A stretch of 64,000 nucleotides of DNA from Callorhinchus milii (lineage: Eukaryota). A program made the position numbers and the translations under genes. The notes beneath the pieces were generated by a model. It saw nothing but the letters and a program-made list of their open reading frames with translations, was not told the DNA's origin and searched no databases. Below are positions 24,165-37,132 of this stretch, in pieces. The stretch lies in the NCBI RefSeq assembly GCF_018977255.1, contig NW_024704743.1, forward strand, positions 112,532,001 to 112,596,000. The letters are read 5' to 3'. The first letter of the stretch is position 1; each line of letters opens with the position of its first letter.

Positions 24165-24686
24165 ACAACAATAATGCTTACATTTAATATAGCGCTTTCA
24201 CATCAGGAGGACATCCCAAACTATACGAGTTATACTGTAAAGTGACTGCGTTTTGTTTTGTGGGCAAACATGGCAGCCAATTCCACATAGCAGTGTCCCA
24301 CAAACTGCCAATTGGCTGCCATGTTTCGCCCACAAAATATACAGTCAATTCACTTTACAGTATATTCTATGAAGCACTTTGAGACGTCTAGAAGACATAA
24401 TAAGACGCTATATCAAATGCAAGGATTATTATTATTACTATCATTACTTGGGGGATTCTTGGCCAGGACACTTGAAGAAATTCCCTTCTCTTTTCAAATA
24501 CTGACGTGGGATCTTCAATACAAGCCCTCAGTTTAGCATCTCATCCAAAGGACTGCACCTCCAACAATGCAGCTCTGCCTTGCAGTGTCAGTTGAGTTCT
24601 AAATGAGTTCCAAGTCCTGACACAGGGCTTGAACCCACAACCTTCTGACTCAGAAGCAAGAGTGCTGCCAATCGTGCCAGGCTGAT
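24165..24686 (-). mobile_element. SINE family B interrupted by an antisense truncated SINE (24308-24440, +)
   Basis: Minus tail and Deu part run to 24307, then a plus-strand caattggctgcc...(ATT)n, then the minus body and head resume (gggcttgaacccacaaccttctgactcaga). Confidence 0.78.
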
Positions 24687-25044
24687 AATAAAAATAACAA
24701 TAATCCATTATAATAAGTAACTCAAGATCAGATTTAGTTGGGACTTCTCATCATTACTTATGTTCTGCTTTAGCTGCTGTCATTTGCTCTCAGTTGTGAT
24801 TCTCCACGTTATTGAATTATAAACCAGTTAATCTACATACAGCACGTGTTCAAACATAAAACCTTCCAGCTTCGTTATAAGCAATCAATAAAGCTAGGCA
24901 CTGAATCCTCACAGGTATCTTAGTTACTGCATTGCCCAGGTTGTATGCTGAAACTAGCTAAGTTAAAGCCACAGTCGTGGGTGGGATGCTTACTGTACAG
25001 TCAATGGATAGGTTGCATTCACTCATCTAAATTTCCTTCTCTTC

Positions 25045-26762
25045 ATGACACCCACCACCAACCCCTCTCTGTTCCCCTCACCCTCCCCATCATCAGCTCC
25101 TACCATGACCTCCATCCTACATTCCTTCCTCCCCATCTCTCCCTCATCCCTCTCACCCACCATCACCTCAATGAAACCCACCACCTGCTACCTCGACCCC
25201 CTCCCCACCAACATGCTGGTCACCCAGCTCCCCCTCCTCTGCCCATCACTGGCTGATGTCATCAACCAGTCCCTCTCCTCTGGATCAGTCCCTGCCCCCG
25301 TCAAAACTGCTGCCCATCAGCCCCCTCCTCAAAAAACTTTTCCAAGTTCCCTCAAACCCCAGCCACTACCGCCCTATTTCAAACCTGCCCTTCCTCGCAA
25401 AAGTCCTAGAACGCATTGTTGCAAATCAACTCCGCCCACACCTCTCCTCCCATTCCCTCTTCGAACCCCTCCAGTCCGGTTTCCGCCCTGCCCACAGTAC
25501 AGAGACTGCACTTGTGAAAGTCTCAATTGACATCCTCTCTATCTATGACAAGGGCTCCCTCTGCCTCCTTGTCCTCCTGGACTTCTCCGCCGCTTTCGAT
25601 CACATCATCCTCCTCCACCGCCTTTCCTCCATCATCCACCTCAATGGGACTGCACTCACCTGGTTCGAGTCCTACCTCACAAACCGCCAGCAGTACATCT
25701 GCATAAATGTTTTTTCCTGCCGCTTTCACCCACTCACCTGCGGGGTACTCCAAGGATTCATCCTCGGCCCCCTCCTCTTTCTGATTTACATGCTCCCTCT
25801 TGGGGATGTCATCCACAGACATGGGATACACTTCCACATGTATGTGGACGACACCCAACTCTATTTTTCCACCTCACATTACGACCCCCAGGCCCCTGAT
25901 GTTTTGTCAGCCTGCCTTCTGACATCAGGAGCTGGATAAGCGCAAATTTCCCTCAGCTGAATGTTGACAAGATGGAACCCACACTCTTTGGCTCTCATCA
26001 ATGTCTAAAATCACATGGTTCTCACCTCCTCCACCTACCCGACCCCCACCTAAAACTCTCCAAACCTGTACTCAACCTTGGCGTCAGGTTCAACACCCAA
26101 ATATCCTTCCTCTCCCACGTCCAGTCCCTCACCAGCACCACTTTCTTACATCTCCGACGCATCGCCCGTCTCCGCCAATACCTCACTCCAAAAGCCGCTG
26201 AAACCCTGGTCCATGCCTCTGTTACCTCTCGGCTGGATTATTCAAATGCCCTTCTCGCCGGTCTCCCCTCCACTACCATCCAAAACTCTGCCGCCCATAT
26301 TCTTATCCGCACCAAACTCTGCTCCCCAATAACCCCAGTCCTTGCCAGACTGCATTGGCTGCCTGTCCCAAAGAGGATCGACTTCAAGATTCTCACCCTT
26401 ATCTTCAAATCCCTCCACTCCTCTGCACCCCCCTACCTCTCTGACCTCCTCTTTCCTCACAATAGTGCCCGATGCCTTTGCTCCACCGGGTCTGGCCTCC
26501 TCCTCGTCCCCCGAATCCTCCACTCACCATCGGCACCCGTGCCTTCAGCCACTATGCTGAGGCTCTGGAACTCCCTTCTTCACTGCCTTCACCTCATCCC
26601 CTTTCTTCCTATTTTCAGGTCTCGGCTGAAGACCTTTCTTTTCGACCGCGCCTTTGGTCACCTTCCTCCCCCTCCCCGGCTCGGCCCCGGGATCCGTTAC
26701 TGTGAAGCCCTCTGAGACGCCGTCCGGCATGGAGGGTGCTATATAAATCCAAGTTGTTGTTG
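25045..26762 (+). mobile_element. L2 LINE, 5'-truncated ~1.7 kb, frameshifted RT
   Basis: ORFs 25045..25530, 25256..25939 (YRPISNLPFLAKVLE, QSGFR..HSTETAL, LDFSAAFD, YVDDTQLY) and 25972..26715. Tail agcc/gctctgagacgccgtccggc..(GTT)n. Confidence 0.95.
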
Positions 26763-26844
26763 ACAAAATATTGTAAAGGGGGAAAATTTTGCACAGCCTG
26801 AAGCTGCCAGGACTTTCATGTAAAATTAATTTCACTAAATTGGT

Positions 26845-27090
26845 CCCAGCCTGGCTCAGTTGGTAGTAGTCTTGCCTCTAAGTAAGAGGTCATGGGTTCA
26901 AGCCCTGCTTCAGGACCCTGAGCTCAAAGTCTAGACTGACACTCCAGTGGGGCTGCACTGAATTGTCAAAGGTGCCATCCTTCTGATGAGATATTAAACC
27001 ACAGTATCGTCTGCCTGTTCAAGTGGACATTAAAGATCCCATGGCAAGATTTGAAAAGAGAAAGGAGTTTCGCTTAGTGTCTTCATGCTG
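26845..27090 (+). mobile_element. SINE family B (DeuSINE) 5' part
   Basis: cagcctggctcagttggtag...gggttcaagccc head, then gtggacattaaagatcccatggca. Confidence 0.8.
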
Positions 27091-27811
27091 TTCTGGTCAA
27101 CAAACCCTCCCACCCATAAGTCTTGACATTGACTTGAACCCACAATGTCCTCACACAGCAGCCAGAGTATTATCAACTAAGCCAACCTGGTATCTACTCC
27201 CATGGAGGGGGAGGAATCATTGAGTTATGCATGGCACTAATTCAGATAATGCTTGTACCTTGGATTATCACAGCGGCTATGTTAAGGAACAAAAATAATC
27301 TAGCTGGTTTTCTATTGGTAAAAGGAATGCATATTGTAGGACTCTGAAAGAGAGCTTTGCTGACTTGTACAATTAGAGCGCCAGAAATTATAAAATTCAA
27401 TTGAATCACATAACCACTATTTCTGATGAGAAAACAATGTGTCCATGTCTTGCTTTTTGCCAATGTACTCTTCTGCAAAAAAAAATGAGAGACATAGCTA
27501 CATTTGAAGAATATCTTTTATTTGTCTTGAAGCAGGTTACTAATTGACTATGCATTCGGTTATTTTTCCCCTCCTCACTCCCCTCGGCTCCCACTCCCCA
27601 GCTCGAGTGCCAAGCTAGGACTATTAAGTCCCTTGAGACCTGAAAGGTGCTATGGAAATTTTGTATTGTATTGTACTTCTACTTAATTTTTTCTAAATAC
27701 TTTGAAAGCTATTTATAATCACATCGACTTGCAAGAATTCAACTCTCACTTCCTGATGTCTGCAGAAAATAAAGTGTCAACTATCCAAAGGTCCTGTAGC
27801 TTAGTGGTTAG

Positions 27812-29136
27812 GTCTCAAACTACTGCCCCATCTCCAACCTCCCTTTCCTCTCCAAGGTCCTGGAACGACTTGTTATTTCCCAGGTTCGCTCCTTCCTTTC
27901 CCGCCACTCCCTTCACGAACTCCTCCAATTGGGTTTCCATGCCACCCAAAGCACAGAAACAGCCCTGGTCAAAGTGACAAAAGACATTCTGTCCATATGT
28001 GACCAGGACTCCCTCTGCCTCCTCGACCTCCTTTACCTCTCTGCTGCCTTCGACACCGTCGGCCACTCTATCCTCATCCACCGCCTCTCCTCTCATCTCA
28101 ACCTTCACGACTCTGTCCTTGAATGGTTCAGATCGTACCTCTCACACCACCTCCACTTCCTTTCCACAAATGGCTTCTCCTCCAGCCCCCGCACCATCTA
28201 GTGCAGCGTTCCTCAGGGCTCAGTCTTTGGTGCCCTCCTCTTCAATATCTATATGTTCCCATTTGGTGACATTATCCAGTGACATGGGGTCAACTTCCAC
28301 ATGCATGCGGATGACACCCAACTCTACCTCTCTGCCTCCACCCTCAACTCCAGAACCACTCCTGTCCTGATAGAATGTCTGTCAGATCTCAAGTCCTGGA
28401 TGAGAGCTAACTTTCTTCAGATGAACGTCAACAAGACCGAGTCCCTCCTGATTGTCTCCTGTCAGCACCTCCACACCTCAGGCGCTGACAGCATCACCAT
28501 CCATGGATGCACACTCCACCTTACCAAGCCAGTCCGGAACCTTGGCATCTTGTTTGACCCTCAACTATCCTTTCTACCCCACATCTGTGCCATGATCTAC
28601 TTTGCCTTCCCCCACCTCCACAACATCACCCAGCTCCGCCACTGTCTCGCACCACAGGCCGCCGAAACCCACATACATGATTTCATTGCATCCAGGCTTG
28701 ACTATGCAAACTCCTTGCTTGTGTCGGCCTCCCCAACTCCTCCCTTCATAGGCCTCAGATCATCCAGAACGCTGCAGACTGTGTTCTCTCCCGCATCAGG
28801 CTCCATGACCCTATTACCCCCATCCTCGCCCGACTCCACTGGCTTTCCATCACACAGAGCATACAGTTCAAGATCCTGTTCCTCACCTTCAAAGCTCTCC
28901 ATACCTCTGTGAACTTCTAACCCCCTACCATCCTGTTCGCTCCCTCCATTCAGCGGATTCCGGCCTGCTTCACATATCCTGCCTTGCTCACCCCACTATT
29001 GGCGGGAGGACTTTCTGCCACTCTGCCCCCACTCTCTGGAACTCTATCCCATAATCCCTCCGCCTCACCCTCTTCCTTGCCTCCTTCAAGACCCATCTCA
29101 AGACCCTCCTCTTCGACCGTGCTTTCGATCACCCTT
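27812..29136 (+). mobile_element. L2 LINE RT fragment (second subfamily)
   Basis: ORFs 27929..28201 (GFHATQSTETALVKVT, LSAAFDTV) and 28301..28912 (HADDTQLY, SRLDYANSLL). Detached tail with (TATTG)n at ~29350-29420. Confidence 0.92.
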
Positions 29137-29939
29137 GAGTAAAGGGGCTGGGTTGCTGTTGTTTTTTAGTGTTATCCAGTGAAAAACATAGTGATAGAGG
29201 ACTTACCTCTTTAATGGAATAGTAAGTAACAAAGTGACTAACGTCCGGTGCCAGGCAAGCCTGAATGTCACAACTGCTATTAATGTACTACGGAGGGTTA
29301 GCAGTCATTTGTGGATCAGAGAGCTCACTTCAGTCACACCACCCTAGTGACCTTCAGCGCCTTGGGACGTCTGCCTGACGTGAAAGGCACTTTACAAATG
29401 TAATTTTGTATTGTATTGTAGGGAGCATGAGCCTCCTCAGATAATTTTCTTCTACTCCACCATTGCCATGACATTATTTGACAATGGCCACTATAAAAAC
29501 AACAACTTGGATTTATATAGCGCCCTCCAAGTCGGACGGCATCTCAAGCGCTTAAATCATTGTATCCTTGTTTTAGGATCAGGCTTATCTATTCCTATTC
29601 ACTACTCACCTGAACTCACGACTCTTATGTTTTTTCAATGCTCACTATGTCAAGTCTGAACTTACAACTTACAAGCTTTCAGTGTTTCTCCACTGCTGCA
29701 GAGTGCTGCATTGGACTGATATTGAACAGGAGCTTAAGAAGTTATTAATAATAATGCTTACATATGATATAGAGTCTTTCATATCTGAAGGGCAACTCAC
29801 AGCACGTCACAGGATTTACTGTAAAGTGTAGTGACTCTATTTTACAGGCGAACACAGCAGCCAATTTGTGCATAGCAATGTCCCACAAACAGTCAAGAAG
29901 CAATTAACCAATTTAGTCCCTAAATATTGTTAGATAAAA

Positions 29940-30212
29940 TAGGTCCTGGCCGCCTGTTCAGGTAGACATAAAAGATCTCATGGCACAATTCGAAAAGAGA
30001 AGGGAGTTTCTCCCGGTGTCCTGGCCAACAACCTCCCCAAAATAAAAATTTGTCTCATGGTTGTTTTGTGGGACATTGCTGTGCACGCACTGGTTGCCGC
30101 GTTTGCCTACAAATGTACAGTAACTCCATTTCAACTTGTGAAGTGCTTTGAGGCGGCTTTTTGATGTGATAAGGCGCTATACCGAATGTAAGCATTATTA
30201 TTTTTATTATTA
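29940..30212 (+). mobile_element. SINE family B 3' part
   Basis: gcctgttcaggtagacataaaagatctcatggcac ... gggacattgctgtgcac. Confidence 0.75.
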
Positions 30213-30269
30213 AGCACTTTCAGTGATTTATTATTAATTGAGGTCAAATATCAATTGAGTCCAATACAA

Positions 30270-30425
30270 TGTTTTATCGTGTTGTATTGATTTGTACTGT
30301 ATTGTAATGTATTGTATTGTGTTGTGTTGTATAGTATTCTGTTGTATTGTGTTGTGTTGTATAGTATTCTGTTGTATTGTGTTGTGTTGTATTGCGTTGT
30401 GTGGTGTGGTCTTGTGTGGTGTTGA
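30270..30425. repeat. (TATTG/TGTTG)n pentanucleotide microsatellite
   Basis: Visible tandem pentamers with a 30-nt higher-order unit, tgtattgtgttgtgttgtatagtattctgt. Confidence 0.9.
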
Positions 30426-31449
30426 TTTTGGATTCCTGTTCAATGCAATTGGAAAAAAAGGTACCTTTGCTTTCCTGGAAATTTAACTGCAGTCAAAATA
30501 ATATCTTCCAGAAGCTTTCCGCACCAGTCATATCCTGTTGTTACGTTTTAAATGAAAACAAAACATAATATTTTTCTTTCAAGTAATAAAGAAACAACAT
30601 TCACCAAAGTTTATGAAATTAGACATGCTCTAGACATGGGTAGAGAACAATCAAGAACTTCAGACAAGAGCAACTGATTGCCAGTACATCTGTTTTTCAG
30701 CTTTTAACATTTGGAGCATTGTACTGTGTTTGAGATGTTCCTTGTGGCTAAGTATTTTGGCTGTGCATGTATCTGACTAAATGGATGTCTGGAGCTTTTT
30801 AGAATTATTTTGCATCTTTACCACATTAGCTATCAGGTTTTATTGGCATTCATGTGGAAAATATTGTCATATATAAAAGGTGAAATATAGCCAGATTTGG
30901 CAGTATCTAACAATATTTGTTAATATTTAAAGTAATAATATTCATGCCAAAATGGTCAATTTGAACATTACAGGTGCAAGATAATTATCATTTTTTTTCT
31001 GTGAGACAAACGGTTTCAGTGCCAGCAGTGAGCTCTAACACTTATTTTGGAAGATTCAGTGGTGAATATTTAAACAATGCTCAAATATTTGCAAACTGAC
31101 TTTTGAATCAGAAATATAACCCACACAACTGCACTATTCTCCTTAAGGCTAATAGTCCTCGACTGACCTCAAAGGTTGCTACAAATACTATACTATTGGG
31201 ATCATATTCAGATGTGGTTCAAAGTCACGACATGTTATATAAAAGTATTCTGTTTTGTTTTAGTTTTATTCACTAAAACGATTGAAAAGTGTGTCAGCCT
31301 GGCTCAGTTGATTGCACCCGAGCTTCTAAGTCAGAATATTGCAAGTTCAAGTCCCATGTCAGTGCAGGGGCTTATTACTTTGTATACGTGAAACTGGAGA
31401 ATATGAAATTCCTAGTTGTTTAGATATGTAAGTCACTATCCCGAGAATG

Positions 31450-31760
31450 AACAACAATAAATTGCATTTATATAGCGCCCTGCAACTCCCAATTCAGGGA
31501 ATTTACCAGAGCTAGAGGTTGGATTCAGCAGGGATGGGGGCCAAAGGGGGAGGGAGGGGGGCTTGGGGTGGGGGCAGGGTGAGGGGGAGGCGTGGCGCAG
31601 GGAGATGACCAAAAGAGGAAGGTCTTGAAATGGGCCTTGAAAGAGGCGAGAAGAGGAGAGGCAAAAGAGTTCTAGCTATGAGTTCCAGAGAATGGGGATG
31701 GAAAGGCTGAAAGCTTGACCACCAATGATGGAATGGGCAGGACTGAGTACATGAAGCAGA
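31450..31760 (-). mobile_element. Degenerate L2 3' fragment with G-rich UTR
   Basis: aacaacaataaattgcatttatatagcgccc tail, plus aagaggaaggtcttgaa. Confidence 0.7.
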
Positions 31761-31764
31761 TGAG

Positions 31765-31922
31765 ACCCCAGTTTAACACCTCATCCAAAGGACAGTACCT
31801 CCAGCATTACAATACAATCAGCCTAGATTATGTGAGTTCAAGTTCCAACAGTCTCAACGTGGGGCTTGAACCCACAACCTTCTGATTCAGAGCTGAGAGT
31901 GCTATCAACTGAACCAGGCTGA
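31765..31922 (-). mobile_element. SINE family B 5' part
   Basis: gtttaacacctcatccaaaggacag ... ggggcttgaacccacaaccttctgattcagag. Confidence 0.75.
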
Positions 31923-34900
31923 AGAAAATATAAATATTTATGTTCACCCTTACTTATAGCTAACAGTGATATACATAACTCTTTTTGCCGGTGAGATGCA
32001 GCATAACATGGTCAAGCAATGCATAATGAAAGCAAATGTTGGGAGTTGCTCCTTTAATATCCTTTTGTTCTTTAGCATAACAACAACAACAACAACAACA
32101 AAATTACATTTATGGAGAGCCTTTCACATCGGGAGGATGTCCCAATAAATGCACAATACAAATAAAAAAAGTGAAAAATCAAGAGAATGTATTCAAGGGA
32201 TTTATAAGTAAATACCAAAAATGTGTAACCTTTTGAGTAAGTGAATTGTTCCAGGAATCTGGTTCCTGATTATGATATCTTGCCAGTATTGAAAGCTCTT
32301 CCAATATCTTATCATAGACTTTCATATAAGTAAGGTTTACATCTGCTTTAGTCTGACTGATCCAATCATGTTGATACTGGTTTTGTTTTCTGACCCAGAT
32401 CCACCTTCAGCCTCATCTCTCCTATTCCCCAGCTTTGTTTTCTTTCACGTAACTTATTCCCATTAAAAGATATAAAAAAAGGGGAAGAAACTGCTATACA
32501 AACAGTCTTCATGCATCAGAAACCAGACAGCAGTGGACAGCATGCTTCACATATGTGAATTACTGAAAGTAGATGTTATAAGCAGAGTAAACTGTTGCAG
32601 AATAAAAAAAAGAGGGAAAGACATGGCTAAAACCTTAAGTAGAGCAAATCAAGTTGCATATGCTGTTTGACCCATTAACATTTAATAATAATATTATATA
32701 ATAATTCTTACATTTGATATAGTGCCTTACCACATCATAGAGACATCTCAAAGCGCTTCACAGAATATATTGTAAAGTGGATTGACTTGTATTTTTATGG
32801 GCAAAATCAGCAGCCAATTGAGCACAGCAGTATCCCATAAACAGTTGTCGATTGAAAAGCTTTAGCTTTTTCTTTGATCCATTTTATACCAATATAAAGT
32901 ATTAATATAGGGTAGACAGCAAACATGTATTAAGAATTATTAGTTCTGCATTCCTCATATCCAAATAGTGAGACAGCTATAAACAAAGTGATGCTGGCCT
33001 ATATTGCCTAGATTAGTTGAGTTCATACGTCCAGATGTGATGCTCAAGCTGTACAGCCAGGCCATACCTGGGTGCTGTATACAGCTTTGAACACTGATAT
33101 TCCAGGCCCAAGAGCAGGTACAAAAAGGAAAAGGGCTGACAACTACGTTTCCGAGGAATGAGCAAATAAGCTTGGGTTTTTCAGCCTCAAAGATAATAAT
33201 ATGTAATATAATAATATGTAATATAATAATATAATAATAATAAATGTCATAATAATAAATAATCCTTGCATTTGATACAGCGTTTTATCATGTCTTCAAG
33301 ACGTCTCAAAGCACTTCACAAATATACTGTAAAGTGAATTGACTGTATATTTTGTGGGGGAAATATACCACCCCTCTCCCCACCACATATAGACGTGAGG
33401 GACTTCCTTCTGACGTGAAAGCACTATACACAACGTAATTTTGTATTGTATAGTACGGAAAACAAACTTGAAAATGTAGACTGAATTTAAGAATCTTTCA
33501 AACTTCTGCATTAAACTTAAATATTAAGACAACGGTCTCAAGACTAAGATCCTGAGAAATAATAGACCCCTGATTGTTTATTGTCTATAATGTATGCCAT
33601 CTCTGTGCAGTTTAAAATATTCCCATGCAGTATTCCAGTAGCACACTCCTTTCATTAAAAGCACCTCACCTCAGACTAACTCAGGCAACGTTGTATACTT
33701 TCATGGTTGACAAGTTGTCAAATATATTTAAGTTCTGCAATTTCAGACTAATGCTTCCTGGATCAAAACCCAAGCACATAAATGCATTAAATTCAGCATA
33801 ATTTCCAGTCTTGAGTGCTGATGTGTGTTGAAAGAGCCAGTGTGGGTGATGTCCAGCATCACAGTGGTTCTGTACTTCCAGACAAGTGAGTACTGTTCAC
33901 TTTAGGTACGAGGTATGAAACATTGATCCAACACCGTCAGCCTCTCCTTAATGGATTGCTTTCACCAGTACATATAACTTGCAGATGCAAGTGTGTAGTG
34001 CTTGAATTCTGTTGTTTGTGTTTCAATAGTTAAGACTTGATATTTTTTTAACCCAGTGTTCTTGGACTCTCATTACTGTATCTTTAAGATTTCAGGGATT
34101 AATCTGCAAAACACGAAATCAGCTTTGTTCATTCGGTAACACTTTCTTTTCATAACTTAAGAGTATTACATCTTTGCATGAACCTGCTTCTCAAGACTCA
34201 ACAACTAGTTAAGATACATTTGTAGACAACATTACCCAAAATTGTCCCCTAGTGCTCAAAATCTACTACAAGTCGGGTTATTTTCACATTAAATTTATAA
34301 TTTTAGTCGCACAATTTGCTTTGAGATAAAATTAACTATTTTAGTGAACAAGAGCACAAATGAGGAAGCATCAGTTTTCTTAAGGAAACAATTTTCTATT
34401 CCCCTCTTTTTTTGTCTGAGTCCCCAGGCCTAATTGCTAATCGTTACTCCAACTTTTACAAATGTTTCTGTTTGGCTTTTGTTATTTCTGACCTCCTTAT
34501 TCAGTCAGTCATTGTGGCCCAGGTCTGGCTATGTTTTTTCTTCTTCTCATAGGGATGTGTTTCCTTGCCATATCTCTTAAAACAATCTTAAAAAACATTC
34601 CACTTTCCTCTGCTATTTTGTTTTTTGGGTCCACTTCCCACTTAGCCTCCCTGGAGCTCGTCTCATTACTCCAAAGTTTGCTCTTTAATAACCGCACTGT
34701 TATTTTTGGCCTCAGCCTTCATCATAATGTAATATCAAATCTAACATTAAAATCCTCATTGGAACTCAAGTATTCACCTGCTTTCAGAAATCTAACTCCA
34801 ACAGTTTGTGCTGATTGACTGCCACATACAATCCCTTACTGCTTCACATATTATTTAAGAAGCAATAATTTGTCCTGTGAAACTACATTCATTGCACAGT

Positions 34901-35369
34901 GAAGATGTTGGTGTGGACAATATACCAGGCTTTGAAAAAATATCACTGAAGCAAAGTAACTACCGTGTAACAACTGGAAGAAAGTGTCTATGATGTGAAC
35001 AGATGTTCCACTGGGAAACAGTGTATGGCCCCAGTGACTTGCAAGACTTCAGATCTTCTCAATGCACATGTCTTGCAAGTTGGCATGAGGTATAAGGGTT
35101 TCCCTGGAGGAAACAGTTCCCATCACAGTATTTTATATTTTCCATGCCCCATGTGTCTGTTGAGGTGGATATTGAATTACACTATTAAAAAAAGTTTCTC
35201 TCAGTGTCTTGGCAAACACCATTTCTCCATTTCATTTTATTGCTGTTAATGGGATCTTGCTATGCACAAATTAGCTGCTGCATTTGCCCACAAATACACT
35301 CATCACACATGACAGCAGTTGACATTGTTGACGACTCCAACCAATGAAACATTTCAATGTTATCAAGTA

Positions 35370-35549
35370 CCTTTAAACCTGTCTTTATCAACCTCTCATG
35401 GGATTGGGCCAAAGTGGCCTTTATATAAGAGTGGCCTCTGAGTAAGGGTCCATTGGTGGCATGAACGCACTTTGAAGAGGTTGTTTCAGGGTGGTTGTTA
35501 ACAGGGGGTGGTTGCTAAATGGAGGTGGTTGCATAAACAGGTTTGACTG
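35370..35549. mobile_element. Tc1/mariner (pogo/Tigger-type) MITE remnant
   Basis: Imperfect TIRs aaacctgtctttatcaacc and ggttgcataaacaggtttgactg. Repeated subterminal ggtggttg. Confidence 0.5.
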
Positions 35550-36973
35550 CAGAAGGTTTATTAAACACCAGTAAAGGAATAGCAGGACAAAAGAAGATAG
35601 AAGCATACTGTACTTGTATTTTCAAATGCACCAGCACTTCAGTCCTTACAGTCAATGATGAAATCTTGAGTATGTTACATTGCCAGTTATTCATTCCTCT
35701 ATTAATGGAGGAAGGGGAAAAAAAAGTGTCACAGTGACATTGCAACAGCGAAGACAGTATGGAATTTTGCAATTTATACATGAAATAAAGCAAATTAAAA
35801 CAACCTGAAAATAGTTTGTTAGAAATGTGGTGACATGATTTCAAGCCTAATTTGAACATGGTTAAAAATCTTAAGTTGTTACTTTTGATGGACATTTTGC
35901 TGGAAGGTTGCAACTAGGCCCTTCAGGAGGTTTCCAGACCTACAAAATACATCTTATTGACTTCAGCAGTAATGTCTAGTATTAATCTAAATAAAAAATG
36001 TAATGACAGTGTAATTCTGCTCAAAGCAGATTTATCATCTAAATTCCAATTTTTACTCTGACAGTGAATTGTTTGAATTCTACACCACAAAAAGAGACAG
36101 ATCCTGGTCTGTATCATTTAAAACAAATAGAGACTCAACTTTAGTTTATTTGGGATTTTGCCAACACTTGCAAATGGTCTGCTGTGACTATTAAAGATAA
36201 GAAAATTTATACTGATCATATATTTATACAAACCAACATCTTAGACAACCATTATGGTCATCATCTCCTTCCGACTTCCAACCTCATCACTGTAACGTTC
36301 TCAGAGATAATAATCCTTGCATTTTTTTATATAGACCTTGTCATGTCTTCAAGACGTCTCAAAACACTTCACAGAATATACTGTAAAATGAATTGACTGT
36401 ATATTTTGTGGGCAAAACAAGGCAGCTAATTGTGCACAGCAGTATCCCACAAACAGTCATGGATTGATTCCCTACATGAAATGTGAGTTGTCGTTCTTAC
36501 CAAGAGGGAATATGTAGATGAGGAAGAGGAAAGGACAGAGGATAGATGTCTGAACAACACAACATGAAATCACATCAGTGAAGATACAAGGACAGATGGG
36601 AAATTAATCAACCTGCAGAGCCAGGGAGATGTGATGAGTGGGAGAGTTGGGTGGGCATTAGAGAAGGATGGAGTGGTGAAAAATGCCAAAGAGCAAAGAG
36701 TTCAAAGAGGAAAAGGAGGCACAGGGAGCAGGCTGAGTGGATCTTTTGTGACTTTGACAAGAACTGTTTTGTTACTGTGGGTGGGACATAAACCAAACTG
36801 GAGTAGTGGTTGGATAATCCCGATAGAATAATCAAGATGTTTAAAGTTGTAACTCTACTAGGCATTGTTAGAATATAATCAATATACATTGCTATGGTTT
36901 AAATGCATAGCTAGATCTGTGAATAGTAACATTCTGTTATTTTCATGTTTCTTCAACCACAATTAGACTTGTA

Positions 36974-37132
36974 CAGAAAAACTCACATATAAATCGTATA
37001 GTTGCCTAAGTCGTACATCTGCCAAGTCCCGTTGAACTCCTATGACTTATCCAAATTTAACATAACTCATACATTGCACAAGTCATATTAAGTATATGAT
37101 CCCAACTGATACAATTGATGTGAGGTTTACTG
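36974..37132. mobile_element. Tc1/mariner-type MITE (159 bp)
   Basis: TA|cagaaaaactcaca ... tgtgaggtttactg|TA. Shares tataaatcgtata...ccaagtccc with the 61518-62101 element. Confidence 0.7.

Noticed and set aside
25045..26715. Long overlapping ORFs (161, 227, 247 aa) as a host gene or intact reverse transcriptase system
   Set aside because: They are frameshifted pieces of a 5'-truncated L2 ORF2, with no endonuclease domain and no splice structure.
30234..30568. Cys-rich or QHNTI-repeat proteins, or a CRISPR-like array
   Set aside because: These are translations of a pentanucleotide microsatellite. There are no unique spacers and the context is eukaryotic.
31531..31590. G-quadruplex-forming G-run cluster (also 7041-7072)
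   Set aside because: It lies within the low-complexity UTR of a decayed repeat, and nothing suggests function.
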